A stretch of 64,000 nt of DNA from Anaeromyxobacteraceae bacterium. GTDB taxonomy: Bacteria > Myxococcota > Myxococcia > Myxococcales > Anaeromyxobacteraceae. A program made the translations under genes and the position numbers. The notes beneath the pieces are model-generated. The model made no database searches. It was given only the letters and a program-made list of their open reading frames with translations, and was not told where the DNA came from. Position 1 is the stretch's first letter. Each line of letters begins with the position of its first letter. Location of the stretch: NCBI GenBank assembly GCA_032654565.1, contig JAULAX010000002.1, forward strand, positions 64,001 through 128,000, in the 5' to 3' direction. This document shows, in pieces, positions 52,386-63,292 of this stretch.

Positions 52386-53447
52386 ATGTCGTCCCCTCCC
52401 CTCGCGCTTCGCACCCTGGCCCCGCCGCTGCTGGCGCTGGCGCTGCTCCTGTCCGGCTGCGGGCGGGTCGGCCACGGCTCGCCGGAGCTGCCGGGGGCCA
52501 CCCCCATCACCGCGCCGGCGGAGACCTGGACCTGGATCCCGGTCCCCGGCGCCGCCTGCGGCAACGGCGCCGCCACCGGCTTCGGCGTCAACCTCACCGG
52601 CCGCAGCAGCGACGTGGTGGTCTACTTCCAGGGGGGCGGGGCCTGCTGGGACCAGCTCACCTGCCTGGAGCTGCGCAGCGCCAGGGCCGTCGAGTCCGGC
52701 TACGGGGCCGCCCAGTTCGCCGCCGAGGGCCAGCTGGCCCTGCCCGGCTTCAGCCGAACCGACCCCGGCGCCCCCTTCCGCGACGCCAGCCTGGTCCTCG
52801 TCCCCTACTGCACCGGCGACCTGCACGCCGGCACCGCGGTGAACAGCTACGGCGCCACCCGGGTCCACCACGTCGGCGGCCTCAACACCGGCCTCTTCCT
52901 GGAGAAGCTGGCCGCCACCTTCCCCGGCATGCGCCGGGTCTACGTCACCGGCAGCAGCGCCGGCGGCTACGCGGCGCAGCTCGCCTACGCCCGCTTCGCC
53001 GAGAGGCTCCCCCAGGCCGAGCTCCACCTGCTGGCCGACGGCGCCCAGGCCGTCCAGCCGGTCAACGGCAACTACCCGCTCTGGCTGGCGGCCTGGCGGC
53101 CGATCCTCCCCGCCGGCTGCACCGGCTGCGCCACCGACCTGACCGCCCTGCCGGCCTGGCTGGCCACCACCTACCCCGCCGGCCGCTTCGCCCTGACCGC
53201 CAACATGCAGGACGGCGTGCTCCAGTACTTCCTCGGCCTCTCCCCGGCCGGGATGTCGGCGGCCACCCGGTCGCTGCTCGACACCGCCTACGCCCCCACC
53301 GCCAACGCCAGGTGGTTCGCCGTCGACTCGGCCGGCCACACCATGCTGGGCAACCTCGCCACCACCGGCGCCGGCGGCGTGACGCTGCAGGACTGGCTGG
53401 CCCGCTGGTACGGCGGCGACCCGGCCTGGGCCAGCGTCGGGCCGTAG
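52386..53447 (+). CDS. Pectin acetylesterase/Notum-family lipoprotein hydrolase
   Basis: Lipobox LSGC; QGGGACW, PYCTGDLH, TGSSAGG. Confidence 0.85.
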   Translation: MSSPPLALRTLAPPLLALALLLSGCGRVGHGSPELPGATPITAPAETWTWIPVPGAACGNGAATGFGVNLTGRSSDVVVYFQGGGACWDQLTCLELRSARAVESGYGAAQFAAEGQLALPGFSRTDPGAPFRDASLVLVPYCTGDLHAGTAVNSYGATRVHHVGGLNTGLFLEKLAATFPGMRRVYVTGSSAGGYAAQLAYARFAERLPQAELHLLADGAQAVQPVNGNYPLWLAAWRPILPAGCTGCATDLTALPAWLATTYPAGRFALTANMQDGVLQYFLGLSPAGMSAATRSLLDTAYAPTANARWFAVDSAGHTMLGNLATTGAGGVTLQDWLARWYGGDPAWASVGP

Positions 53448-53520
53448 CGCACCTGCCCCCGACCCGGCGCGGTCGCCGCCACCGGCCTCGCCGGGACCGC
53501 TTGACGAACGTGACGGTATC

Positions 53521-53897
53521 TCAGTCGAGCCGGGTCCGCTCCGCCCGCTGCGCCGCCTGGTGCTTCTTCCCGGCCAGGCGCCGCTCCTGCGAGCCGCGGG
53601 TCGGCCGGGTCGGCCGCCGCCGCTTCGGCTCCACGCCCAGGGCCGCCAGCCGCTCGCGCAGCCGCTTCAGCGCCTCGCCGCGGTTCTGCGCCTGGCTGCG
53701 CCGCTCGGTGGCGGTGACCAGCACCCCGGTGGGCCGGTGCAGCAGCCGCACCCCGCTCTCGGTCTTGTTGCGGTGCTGCCCGCCCGGCCCGCCCGCGGTG
53801 TAGAAGGTCTCCTCGCACTCGGCCTGCAGCGCCGCCTCGGGCAGCCGCACCGCCCGGCGCGCCGCCGCCCGCAGCGCCGCCGGGACCACCGGGGCGG

Positions 53898-53901
<4 letters not shown>
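53521..53901 (-). CDS. Peptide chain release factor-like protein (ArfB-type, GGQ)
   Basis: [20 protein letters not shown], basic tail [19 protein letters not shown] start overlaps the ABC ATPase stop. Confidence 0.85.
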
Positions 53902-54594
<693 letters not shown>

Positions 54595-54602
<8 letters not shown>

Positions 54603-55812
54603 CGCGGATCACCTGGGCCGGGTCGAGGCGGGCGGCGTGGCGGGCCGGGTACCAGGCCGAGACCAGGCCGGTCACCAGGGCCACGGCGCCGGCGGTGAGG
54701 AAGAGGCGCGGCGACAGGGCGATGGGGAAGAGCGACTCGCCGTAGGGGTTCTTCACGGCGTAGGCGAAGAAGGTGCAGAGGCCGGCGCCGATGACCCCGC
54801 CCAGCACCGAGCCGAACAGCCCCACCATCCCCCCCTCGATGAGGAAGATGCGCAGCACCGTGCCGGTGCGGGTGCCGGTGGCCTTGAGGATGCCGATCTC
54901 GCGGCTCTTCTGGATCACCGAGACCCCCAGCACCGAGGCGATGCCCAGCGCCACGGCGATGATCACGAAGGCCTGGATCATCACCGACGACGAGCTCTGC
55001 GCCTGCAGGCCGGTGAGCAGCTGCTGGTTGAGCTTCATCCAGCTGTCGGCGGTCAGGCCGGTCGCCGCCGAGAGCTCCTGGGCCAGGCGCTCGGCCTCGA
55101 ACACCTCGTCCACCTTGACCTCGATGGTGGTGATGCCCCCGTCCAGGTCGAGCAGGGTCTGGGCCTGGCGCAGCGAGACCAGCACCCAGCGCTGGTTCAC
55201 GTCCTTGTTGCCGACGTCGAAGATGCCGCTCACCGTGAAGACGTCGCCGCGCCCCTGCGGGGTGGCGAGCCGGAGCTTGTCGCCGACCTCGATCCCCAGG
55301 TCGTGGGCCAGCACCGTGCCGATCACCGCCTCGGTGCCGTCCACCTGGAAGCGCCCCACCTGGACGCGGGGGACGATCTTGATCACCTGGTCGAAGGTCT
55401 GCGGGTCGAGGCCGCGCAGCGCCACCGACCTGGAGAGCTCGCCGCGCGAGGCGAAGGCCGAGCCGGCCGCGGTGGGCGTGGCCGCGGTCACCCCCGGCGT
55501 GGCCCGGATCCGGCCGATCAGCGCCTGCCACTGCTCGATCGACTTCTCCCGCTCCGGGGTCTTCTCCACGCGGGCCGCCACCGCGGCGCCGTCCGGCGGC
55601 GCCACCACCCGGGCCACCCGGTCCGGCCGCTTCAGGAAGACGTGGGCCTGCGAGGAGAGGGTCTGGTCGATGAGCGTGGCCTGCAGCCCGCCGATCAGCC
55701 CGGAGAGGAAGATGATCACCGCCACGCCGATGGTGGTGCCGCCCAGGATCAGCGCGGTCTGCGCCTTTCCCTCCCGGAGGAAGCGGAGCGCCACGAACAG
55801 CTCGAAGGGCAT
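54595..55812 (-). CDS. ABC transporter permease (FtsX/LolE/MacB-like)
   Basis: N-terminal TM, large periplasmic domain, [21 protein letters not shown]. Confidence 0.92.
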
Positions 55813-55814
55813 GG

Positions 55815-57071
55815 CTACCTCGGCCCCGCACCCGGGGCCGGCACCGGCCGGGCCCGCACCCGCTCGCCCACGGCCACGAAGCCGGCCGCCGGGGCCACCA
55901 CCGCGTCGCCCGCGGCCAGCCCGCCGGCCAGCTCCACCAGGCCATCGCCGCGCATCCCCAGCGTCACCGGCTGCCGCTCGGCGTGGTGGCCGACGATGGC
56001 CAGCACCCAGGGGTCGCCGGTGGGATCGCGCAGCACCTCGGCGGGGAGCACCAGCGCCGCGTCGCGGCGCCCCACGTCGACGTTGATGGAGACGGTCATG
56101 TCGGCGCGCAGCACCGGGGGCGGCGCCGGCACCGAGAGGCGCACCTCGACGGTGCCGCGGGCGGGGTCCACCGAGGGGGCCAGCCAGGCCACCGCCGCCT
56201 CGAAGACCTGCCCCGGGAAGGCGTCGGCGCTGGCCCGGGCCGGCTGGCCGACCCGCAGCAGGGCCAGGTTCTTCTCGTCCACCTGCGCCGTCAGCTCGAG
56301 CGCCCCGTCGCTGGTCAGGGCGAGCAGGAGCTTGCCGGGCTGGACCACGTCGCCGGGCTCGACCTCGCGCCCCACCACCTGCCCGGGCGCCGGCGCCCGC
56401 AGCTCGGTCTCGGCCAGCCGCGAGGCCGCCACCGCCCGGGCCGCCTCGGCCTGGGACAGGGCGGCGAGGGCCAGCCGCTCGTCGGCCCCACCCGCCGAGG
56501 CGGCCTGGGCCAGCGCCGCGTCCCGCTGGCTGCGCGCCACCGCCAGCCCCCGCTCGGCGTCGTCCACGGCCTGGCGCGAGACGCTGCCGGCCTCGCCCAG
56601 CTGTCGGGCCCGGGCCAGGTCCGACTCGGCCTGGGCCACCCTCAGCTCGGCCTGGTGGAGCGCCTCGGCCGCCTGCCGGCCGGCCGCGCCGCGCACCTGC
56701 TCGAGGCGGGCCGCCGCCTCGGCCACCCGCCCCTGCGCCTGGCGGAGCGCCGCCGCCTGCTCGACGTCCTCCAGCCGGAGCAGGGGCTGGCCGCCGCTCA
56801 CCCGGTCCCCCTCGCGTACCAGCACGGCCCGGACCCGGCCCAGCGCCAGGCTGGCGACGGCGACCCGGGCCAGCGGCCGGACCCGCCCGGTGGCCACCAC
56901 CTTCTGCACCAGCGGCCGGGACTCGACGAGGTAGGCCGCCACCTCCCGCCCGCGCCAGGCGCGCAACGCGAGGAAGCCGGCGAGCAGCACCACCAGCCCG
57001 AGGGCGACACGGCGGGCGCGGGTGGCGACGAGGGCGCGGCCGAGGCGTCGGGCGAGGTCGGTGGGGTCCAT
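55815..57071 (-). CDS. Efflux periplasmic adaptor (MFP, MacA-like)
   Basis: VREGDRV..GQPL, coiled coil, LRAP..GQV, VEPGDVV, GLAAGDAVV. Confidence 0.9.
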   Translation of the reverse strand: MDPTDLARRLGRALVATRARRVALGLVVLLAGFLALRAWRGREVAAYLVESRPLVQKVVATGRVRPLARVAVASLALGRVRAVLVREGDRVSGGQPLLRLEDVEQAAALRQAQGRVAEAAARLEQVRGAAGRQAAEALHQAELRVAQAESDLARARQLGEAGSVSRQAVDDAERGLAVARSQRDAALAQAASAGGADERLALAALSQAEAARAVAASRLAETELRAPAPGQVVGREVEPGDVVQPGKLLLALTSDGALELTAQVDEKNLALLRVGQPARASADAFPGQVFEAAVAWLAPSVDPARGTVEVRLSVPAPPPVLRADMTVSINVDVGRRDAALVLPAEVLRDPTGDPWVLAIVGHHAERQPVTLGMRGDGLVELAGGLAAGDAVVAPAAGFVAVGERVRARPVPAPGAGPR

Positions 57072-57125
57072 GCGGGCGTCGAGTCTATCCCGGGACCCGC
57101 GGAGACGCTGGAGTTCCCGGCCCCG

Positions 57126-58310
57126 TCACCCCCCCAGCCGCGGGTGCTCCTCCCGCCAGCTGGCCACGCCGGCCTGCCGCGTCGCCAGCTCGGTGCGGAG
57201 GTGGCGGCGCACCGCCGCGTCGAGGCGCGGGTCGGCGAGCGCGTGGCAGCTCCAGGTCTCGGCCGGCTCGAAGCCGCGCGACAGCTTGTGGTCGCCCCCG
57301 GCCCCACCCTCGAAGCGCAGGAGGCCGCGGGCCAGGCACTGGTCGATGGAGTGGTAGAGGGCGACGTTGAAGTGGAGGAACGGGTGGTGCTCCACCGCCC
57401 CCCAGTAGCGGCCGTAGAGCGCGGTGCGGCTGGCCAGGTTGAAGGCCATCCCCACCAGCCGGCCGTGGTGGCGGGCCTCCACCACCTCGACGGCGTCGGC
57501 CATGCGCGAGAGGACCAGCTGGTAGAAGGCCTGGTTGACCCAGCGCATGCCCCAGGCCATCTGGTCGGTGGAGCTGGCGTGCAGCCGGTAGCAGTCGTCG
57601 GCCCAGCCGCCCGGATCGCGCGCCAGCTCCTCGCCGCGCACGGTGCGGATGGTGATCCCCTGCTCGGCCGGGGCCCGCAGCTCGCGGCGCAGGGCGTGCC
57701 GGCGCTTGGAGGGGAAGCGGGCCAGGAACTGCGCCATGGTGGCGTCGCCCTGGTTGCGCCAGTGGTACTGGAAGTCGACGCGGCGGGCCAAGCCGGCCGC
57801 CTCCAGCTCCAGCGCCTCCTCGCCGGTGGCGAAGAGCACGTGCAGCCCGCCGGCCCGCTCGGCGCCGACCAGCGCCCGCGCCGCCTCCACCAGCCGGGCC
57901 ACCGCCGGCCCGCGCGGCTCGCCGGCCGCCACCAGGACGCGCCGGCCGGTCACCGGGGTGGCGGGGACGCCCAGCACCACCTTCGGGTAGTAGGGCACGC
58001 CGGCCCGGGACGCCGCCGCCGCCCACTCCCAGTCCCGGCTGAAGTCCCCCTCCGAGCCCTCCTTGAGCCAGGCCGGGGCCGCCGCCACCAGCCGACCGCC
58101 CCGCCGCAGCAGCAGGTGGCGCGGCGTCCAGCCGGTGGCCGGCGTGGCCGAGCCGCTCTCCTCCAGCGCCGCCAGGAAGGCGTGCCGGACGAAGGGGCTG
58201 GCCACCTCGGGCTCGTGGGCGAAGAGGACGTCCCACTCCCGGGCCGGCACCTCGGAGATGCCGGACAGGACGCTCAGCTCGCCGTCGGCGATCAGCGGGG
58301 GGCGGTCCAT
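57126..58310 (-). CDS. FemAB-like GNAT protein (DUF482-type)
   Basis: FLAALEESG, TGW.P, YYPK, PATPVTG, QYHW.N, LYGRYWG, FLHF, FEGGAGGDHKLSRGF. Confidence 0.87.
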   Translation of the reverse strand: MDRPPLIADGELSVLSGISEVPAREWDVLFAHEPEVASPFVRHAFLAALEESGSATPATGWTPRHLLLRRGGRLVAAAPAWLKEGSEGDFSRDWEWAAAASRAGVPYYPKVVLGVPATPVTGRRVLVAAGEPRGPAVARLVEAARALVGAERAGGLHVLFATGEEALELEAAGLARRVDFQYHWRNQGDATMAQFLARFPSKRRHALRRELRAPAEQGITIRTVRGEELARDPGGWADDCYRLHASSTDQMAWGMRWVNQAFYQLVLSRMADAVEVVEARHHGRLVGMAFNLASRTALYGRYWGAVEHHPFLHFNVALYHSIDQCLARGLLRFEGGAGGDHKLSRGFEPAETWSCHALADPRLDAAVRRHLRTELATRQAGVASWREEHPRLGG

Positions 58311-58412
58311 GAGCGTCCTTCATAGCCGCGGCCGGGGCCGGCCGCCACGCGCCGACCCGGCCGTCGCCGGGAACCGCCCGCCGCCTGGGCCCGGTGGTGA
58401 CCGGGCCCGGGG

Positions 58413-58949
58413 TCAGGCCCCGCCGGCGATCTCGGCCTGCCGCGCCGCCGAGAACGGCAGGTGCAGGTTCTGCCCGCGCTTGTCGAGGAAGAGGCGCAGC
58501 CCGTCCTCGTAGTGGCGCCGCACCGAGGCGGCCATCAGCTCGTAGACCGGCTCGAGCGTCAGGGCGTTGGGCTCGGTGATCTCGAAGTCCTCGTGCCCGA
58601 ACAGGTTGATCACGAAGCGCCGCTCGATCTTCTTGAAGCGGACCTCCATGCGCACCAGGTCGGTGGTCTTCTCGCCGGCGATGCGGATGAGCACGCCGAA
58701 GTGCCAGTAGGTGTCCTCGTCCAGGTGCATGGCCTCCTGGACGTCGACCGGCCCGTCGCCCTCGCGCACGCCGCGCAGCGACTCGTAGGAGATGGCGTCG
58801 CGGGCGCCGCCGAGGTAGTCGGCGAAGCCGCGAGAGAAGGTGCCCGCGAAGAGCGCGCACTCGGAGCGGTAGGCCGCATAGTTCTCGCGAGCGATCGCGT
58901 AGGCCTTGCAGATGTGCTGGTACGGGGTGGTGTTGGGGCTCACGTTCAT
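58413..58949 (-). CDS. Hypothetical protein
   Basis: Non-biased 178-aa ORF with GGAGG RBS before MNVSPN; no motif recognised. Confidence 0.75.
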   Translation of the reverse strand: MNVSPNTTPYQHICKAYAIARENYAAYRSECALFAGTFSRGFADYLGGARDAISYESLRGVREGDGPVDVQEAMHLDEDTYWHFGVLIRIAGEKTTDLVRMEVRFKKIERRFVINLFGHEDFEITEPNALTLEPVYELMAASVRRHYEDGLRLFLDKRGQNLHLPFSAARQAEIAGGA

Positions 58950-59003
58950 CCTCCAGGGGTCGCCGTGGCTGCCCATCGGCGCCGGGAGGCCGTATCATAC
59001 GTC

Positions 59004-60182
59004 ATGCCCTTCCTCCCAGCGGCTTTTGGTGGACGCCCGTGCTGGGCCGAGATCGACCTCGACGCCCTGGCCTCCAACGTGCGGCTGATGGCCGCGCGCG
59101 CCGCGCCGGCCCGGCTCTACGCGGTGGTCAAGGCCAACGCCTACGGCCACGGGGCCGTGGCCTGCGGCCGCGCCGCCATCGAGGCCGGGGCCCACGGCCT
59201 GGCGGTGATCTGCGTCGACGAGGCCGAGGAGCTGCGCCGCGCCCAGGTCACCGCACCCATCCTGGTGGTGGGCGCCACCCCGCCGTCCGACGCCGGGCGG
59301 GTGGTCTCACTCGGCCTCATGCCCACGGTGGGGGCGCCGGAGCTGGTCGACGCCCTGTCCGCCGCCGCCACCGCCGCCCGGGCCACCGTCCCCATCCACC
59401 TCGAGGTGGAGACCGGCCTGAACCGCCACGGCCTGACCCCGGCCGACTGCGTGGCCCTCGCCGAGCGGGCCCGGGCCACGCCCGGCCTCGAGGTGCGGGG
59501 CCTCTTCACCCACTTCGCCGCCGCCGAGGAGGGCGACCAGCGCTTCACGCGCAGCCAGTTCGACCAGCTCAAGGCGGTCTCCGACCGGCTCCCCTGGATC
59601 AGGGAGCGCCACTGCGCCGCCTCGGCCAGCGTGCTGCTCGACCACGAGATGGGGCTCGACGCCGTGCGCGCCGGCCTCTCGCTCTACGGCTATCGCCCCG
59701 CCCCCTGGGTGGGCACCGACGCCGAGCTGCGGCCGGTGCTGGCGCTCCGGGCCCGCATCGCCCGGGTGCTGGAGGTGGAGCGCGGCGCCACCGTGGGCTA
59801 CGGGCGGACCTGGGCGGCGAGCAAGCCGACCCGCATCGCCCTGGTGATGTGCGGCTACGCCGACGGCTACCGGCGCGCCCTCGGCAACCGGGCCCCGGTG
59901 GCGGTGCGCGGCCAGCTGGCGCCGGTGGTGGGGCGGGTGGCCATGGACATGGCCATGGTCGACGTCACCGCCATCCCCGCCGCGGCCGTCGGCGACGTGG
60001 TGACGCTGCTGGGGCGGGATGGCCAGGCCGAGGTGACCGCCGACGAGCTGGCCGACCTGGCCGACACCATCTCCTGGGAGATCCTGGCCGGCCTCACCGC
60101 CCGGGTGCCCCGCCTCTACCTGCGCGGCGGGCGGGTCAGCGCCGTGACCACGCTCAACGAGCGGGTCCCGGTGCCGGTCTGA
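59004..60182 (+). CDS. alr: Alanine racemase
   Basis: AVVKANAYGHG (PLP lysine), ETGLNRHG, THFA, VGYG, GYADGY, GRVAMD. Confidence 0.95.
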   Translation: MPFLPAAFGGRPCWAEIDLDALASNVRLMAARAAPARLYAVVKANAYGHGAVACGRAAIEAGAHGLAVICVDEAEELRRAQVTAPILVVGATPPSDAGRVVSLGLMPTVGAPELVDALSAAATAARATVPIHLEVETGLNRHGLTPADCVALAERARATPGLEVRGLFTHFAAAEEGDQRFTRSQFDQLKAVSDRLPWIRERHCAASASVLLDHEMGLDAVRAGLSLYGYRPAPWVGTDAELRPVLALRARIARVLEVERGATVGYGRTWAASKPTRIALVMCGYADGYRRALGNRAPVAVRGQLAPVVGRVAMDMAMVDVTAIPAAAVGDVVTLLGRDGQAEVTADELADLADTISWEILAGLTARVPRLYLRGGRVSAVTTLNERVPVPV

Positions 60183-60289
60183 TCGCCCCGGGAGGAGGGC
60201 CGGCGCGGGGGCGTCCGGGGCTCCCCGCGCCTTCGCCGCACCGGCCGGATCGGGTATAAGAACGCCTCTTTCTGGAGGTTCGACCGCCC

Positions 60290-63200
60290 GTGGCCGACGT
60301 CACCCGCATCGAGATCGCCACCCGCCCCGGGTTCGCCGACAGCCGCGGGCTGGCCGTGGCCGCCGCCCTCCGCGCCCACCTGGGGATCCCGGTCGCCGCC
60401 GTCCGCACCCGCGACGTCTTCCACGTCGAGCCGGCCCTCTCCGCGGCCGAGGCCGCCCGCCTGGCCGCCGAGTTCGCCGGCCCCATCGTCCGCGAGGGGG
60501 CGGTGGGCCGCGTCGAGGACGGCCCCTTCGACGTGGCCGTCTCGGTGGGCTTCAAGCCCGGGGTCACCGACCCGGTCGGCAAGTCGGCCCGCGTCGCCAT
60601 CGAGGACCTGCTCGGCCGCGCGCTGGGGAGCCGCGGCGCCGTCTACGCCTCGCGGGTCTACCTGCTCACCGGGGTCTCCGGCGCCGAGGCCACCCGCGCC
60701 GCCACCCAGCTGCTGGCCAACGAGGTGATCGAGCGGGTCACGGTGCAGCCCTACGCCGAGTGGCAGGCGGCGGCGCCCGACCTCACCGTGCCGCGCGTGG
60801 TCGAGCACCCGCCCCGCCCCGCCGAGACCGTCACCCTGCGCGGGCTCGACGACGCCGCCCTGCAGGCCCTCTCCCGGAAGAAGCTGCTGGCCCTCTCCAC
60901 CCCGGAGCTGACGGCCATCCGCGACTTCTTCGCCGCCGCCGCCGCCGACCCGGCCCGGGCGCGGGCCGGCCTGGGGGCCGACCCCACCGACGTCGAGCTG
61001 GAGTGCCTGGCCCAGACCTGGTCGGAGCACTGCAAGCACAAGATCTTCAACGCCACCATCACCTACCGTGAACAGGGCAAGGCGCCGGAGGAGATCCGCT
61101 CGCTCTTCAAGCAGTACATCCGCGGCACCACCAGCGCCGTCGACGCCGCCATCACCGCCCGCGAGGGGAAGAGCTGGCTGGTCTCGGTCTTCCACGACAA
61201 CGCCGGGGTCATCGCCGCCACCCCCCGCTACCACCTGGTCTACAAGGTGGAGACCCACAACAGCCCGTCGGCGCTCGACCCCTACGGCGGCGCCATCACC
61301 GGCATCGTCGGCGTCAACCGCGACCCCTTCGCCACCGGCCTCGGCTCCGACCTGCTCTCCAACGTCTGGGGCTACTGCTTCGGCCCGCCGGGGTGGTCCG
61401 GCACGCTGCCGCCCGGCCTGCTCCACCCGCGCCGCATCCGCGACGGCGTCCACCACGGCGTCATCGACGGCGGCAACCAGTCGGGCATCCCCTACGGCCG
61501 CGGCTGGGAGTTCTTCGACGACCGCTTCCTCGGCAAGCCGCTGGTCTACTGCGGCACCGTCGGCCGCATGCCGGTCACCGTCACCGGCCGCCCCACCGAG
61601 GTGAAGTCGGCCCGGCCCGGCGACCGCATCGTCATGGTGGGCGGGCGCATCGGCAAGGACGGCATCCACGGCGCCACCTTCTCCTCGGCGGAGCTGACCG
61701 AGGAGAGCCCGGTGCAGGCGGTCCAGATCGGCGACCCCATCACCCAGAAGATGATGTTCGACTTCCTGCTCGAGGCCCGCGAGGCCGGGCTCTACTCGTC
61801 GGTGACCGACAACGGCGCCGGCGGCCTCTCGTCCTCGGTGGGGGAGATGGCGCGGCAGCCGGGCGGCGCCTGGCTCGACCTCTCGCTGGCCCCGCTCAAG
61901 TACCAGGGGCTGGCGCCGTGGGAGGTGCTGGTCTCCGAGGCCCAGGAGCGGATGACGCTGGCGGTCCCGCCGGCCCGGCTGGCCGCCTTCCTCGAGCTGG
62001 CCAGGCTGCGCGAGGTGGAGGCCACCGACCTGGGGGCCTTCACCGAGGACGGCCGGCTGGAGGTCCGCTGGGGCCGGCAGGTGGTCGGCCTGCTGCCGCT
62101 CGACTTCCTCCACGACGGCGATCCCGAGCTGCGCATCGAGGCGGCCTGGAGCCCGGCGCCGCCGGCCGCCGCCCCGCCGCAGCCCGCCCCCGCCTCGGCC
62201 GCCGAGGGCAACGCCCTGGCCGCGAGGTTCCTGGCCCGCGACAACCTGCGCTCGTCGGAGCAGCTGGCCCGCACCTACGACCACGAGGTGAAGGGGCTCA
62301 CCGTGGTGAAGCCCTGGATCGGCGCCCACCGCGACGTGCCCTCCGACGCCTCGGTCTTCATGATCGCCCACGACGGCGACTGGACCGGCTACGCCCTGGC
62401 CGAGGGGGTCTTCCCCACCTACTCCGACCACGACGCCTGGGCCATGGCGCAGGCCGGCGTCGACCTGGCGGTGCGGCGGGTCATCGCCGCCGGCGCCCGC
62501 GTCGACCGGATCGCCGCGCTCGACAACTACTGCTGGCCGGACCCCATGCCCGGCGAGAAGAACCCCGACGCCGCGCAGAAGGCGGCGGCGCTGGTCCGCG
62601 CCTCCAAGGGGCTGGCCGAGATCTGCATCGCCTACGGCGTGCCGCTCATCAGCGGCAAGGACTCGATGAAGAACGACGCCGTGGTGGGCGGCAAGCGCAT
62701 CTCCATCCCGCCCACGCTGCTGGCCTCGGCCATCGCCGTGGTCGACGACGTGCGCCGCGCCGTGACGCTGGAGGCGGCGGCGGCCGGCGAGCTGCTGGTG
62801 CTGGTCGGCGAGACCCGCCAGGAGCTGGGCGGCACCGAGTGGGCGGCGGCCCGCGGCCTGCGCGGCGGCGAGGTCCCCCGCACCACCCCGGCGGCGCTCT
62901 GGCCCGGCTACCAGGCGGTGGCGCGCGCCATCGCCGGCGGCCTGGTGCAGGCGGCCCACGCGGTGGGGCGCGGCGGCCTGCTCCACTCGCTCTTCCTGCT
63001 GGCCCGGGCCGGCGGGCTGGGGCTCTCCGCGGACCTGGGGAAGGCGCCGGTCGGCGGCGCCGTCGACTGGGAGGGGCGGCTGCTCGGCGAGACCACCGGC
63101 CGCTTCCTGCTGGCCGTCGAGCCGGACCGGCTCGCGGCGCTGCGGGCGGCGCTGGCCAGGGTGCCCCACGCCGTGATCGGCGCCTTCGACGCCGGCGACA

Positions 63201-63292
63201 CCCTGCGGGTCGGCCTCGGGGCCACGCCGCTGCTCGACGCCCCGGTGGCGGCGCTGGCGGCCGCCTGGAAGCGGGAAGGGGGCGCCTCATGA
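60290..63292 (+). CDS. purL: Phosphoribosylformylglycinamidine synthase, synthetase subunit with N-terminal PurS-like region
   Basis: QTWSEHCKHK, KVETHNSPS, DGIHGA, DNGAGGL, SEAQERM, ISGKDSM. Confidence 0.93.
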   Translation: MADVTRIEIATRPGFADSRGLAVAAALRAHLGIPVAAVRTRDVFHVEPALSAAEAARLAAEFAGPIVREGAVGRVEDGPFDVAVSVGFKPGVTDPVGKSARVAIEDLLGRALGSRGAVYASRVYLLTGVSGAEATRAATQLLANEVIERVTVQPYAEWQAAAPDLTVPRVVEHPPRPAETVTLRGLDDAALQALSRKKLLALSTPELTAIRDFFAAAAADPARARAGLGADPTDVELECLAQTWSEHCKHKIFNATITYREQGKAPEEIRSLFKQYIRGTTSAVDAAITAREGKSWLVSVFHDNAGVIAATPRYHLVYKVETHNSPSALDPYGGAITGIVGVNRDPFATGLGSDLLSNVWGYCFGPPGWSGTLPPGLLHPRRIRDGVHHGVIDGGNQSGIPYGRGWEFFDDRFLGKPLVYCGTVGRMPVTVTGRPTEVKSARPGDRIVMVGGRIGKDGIHGATFSSAELTEESPVQAVQIGDPITQKMMFDFLLEAREAGLYSSVTDNGAGGLSSSVGEMARQPGGAWLDLSLAPLKYQGLAPWEVLVSEAQERMTLAVPPARLAAFLELARLREVEATDLGAFTEDGRLEVRWGRQVVGLLPLDFLHDGDPELRIEAAWSPAPPAAAPPQPAPASAAEGNALAARFLARDNLRSSEQLARTYDHEVKGLTVVKPWIGAHRDVPSDASVFMIAHDGDWTGYALAEGVFPTYSDHDAWAMAQAGVDLAVRRVIAAGARVDRIAALDNYCWPDPMPGEKNPDAAQKAAALVRASKGLAEICIAYGVPLISGKDSMKNDAVVGGKRISIPPTLLASAIAVVDDVRRAVTLEAAAAGELLVLVGETRQELGGTEWAAARGLRGGEVPRTTPAALWPGYQAVARAIAGGLVQAAHAVGRGGLLHSLFLLARAGGLGLSADLGKAPVGGAVDWEGRLLGETTGRFLLAVEPDRLAALRAALARVPHAVIGAFDAGDTLRVGLGATPLLDAPVAALAAAWKREGGAS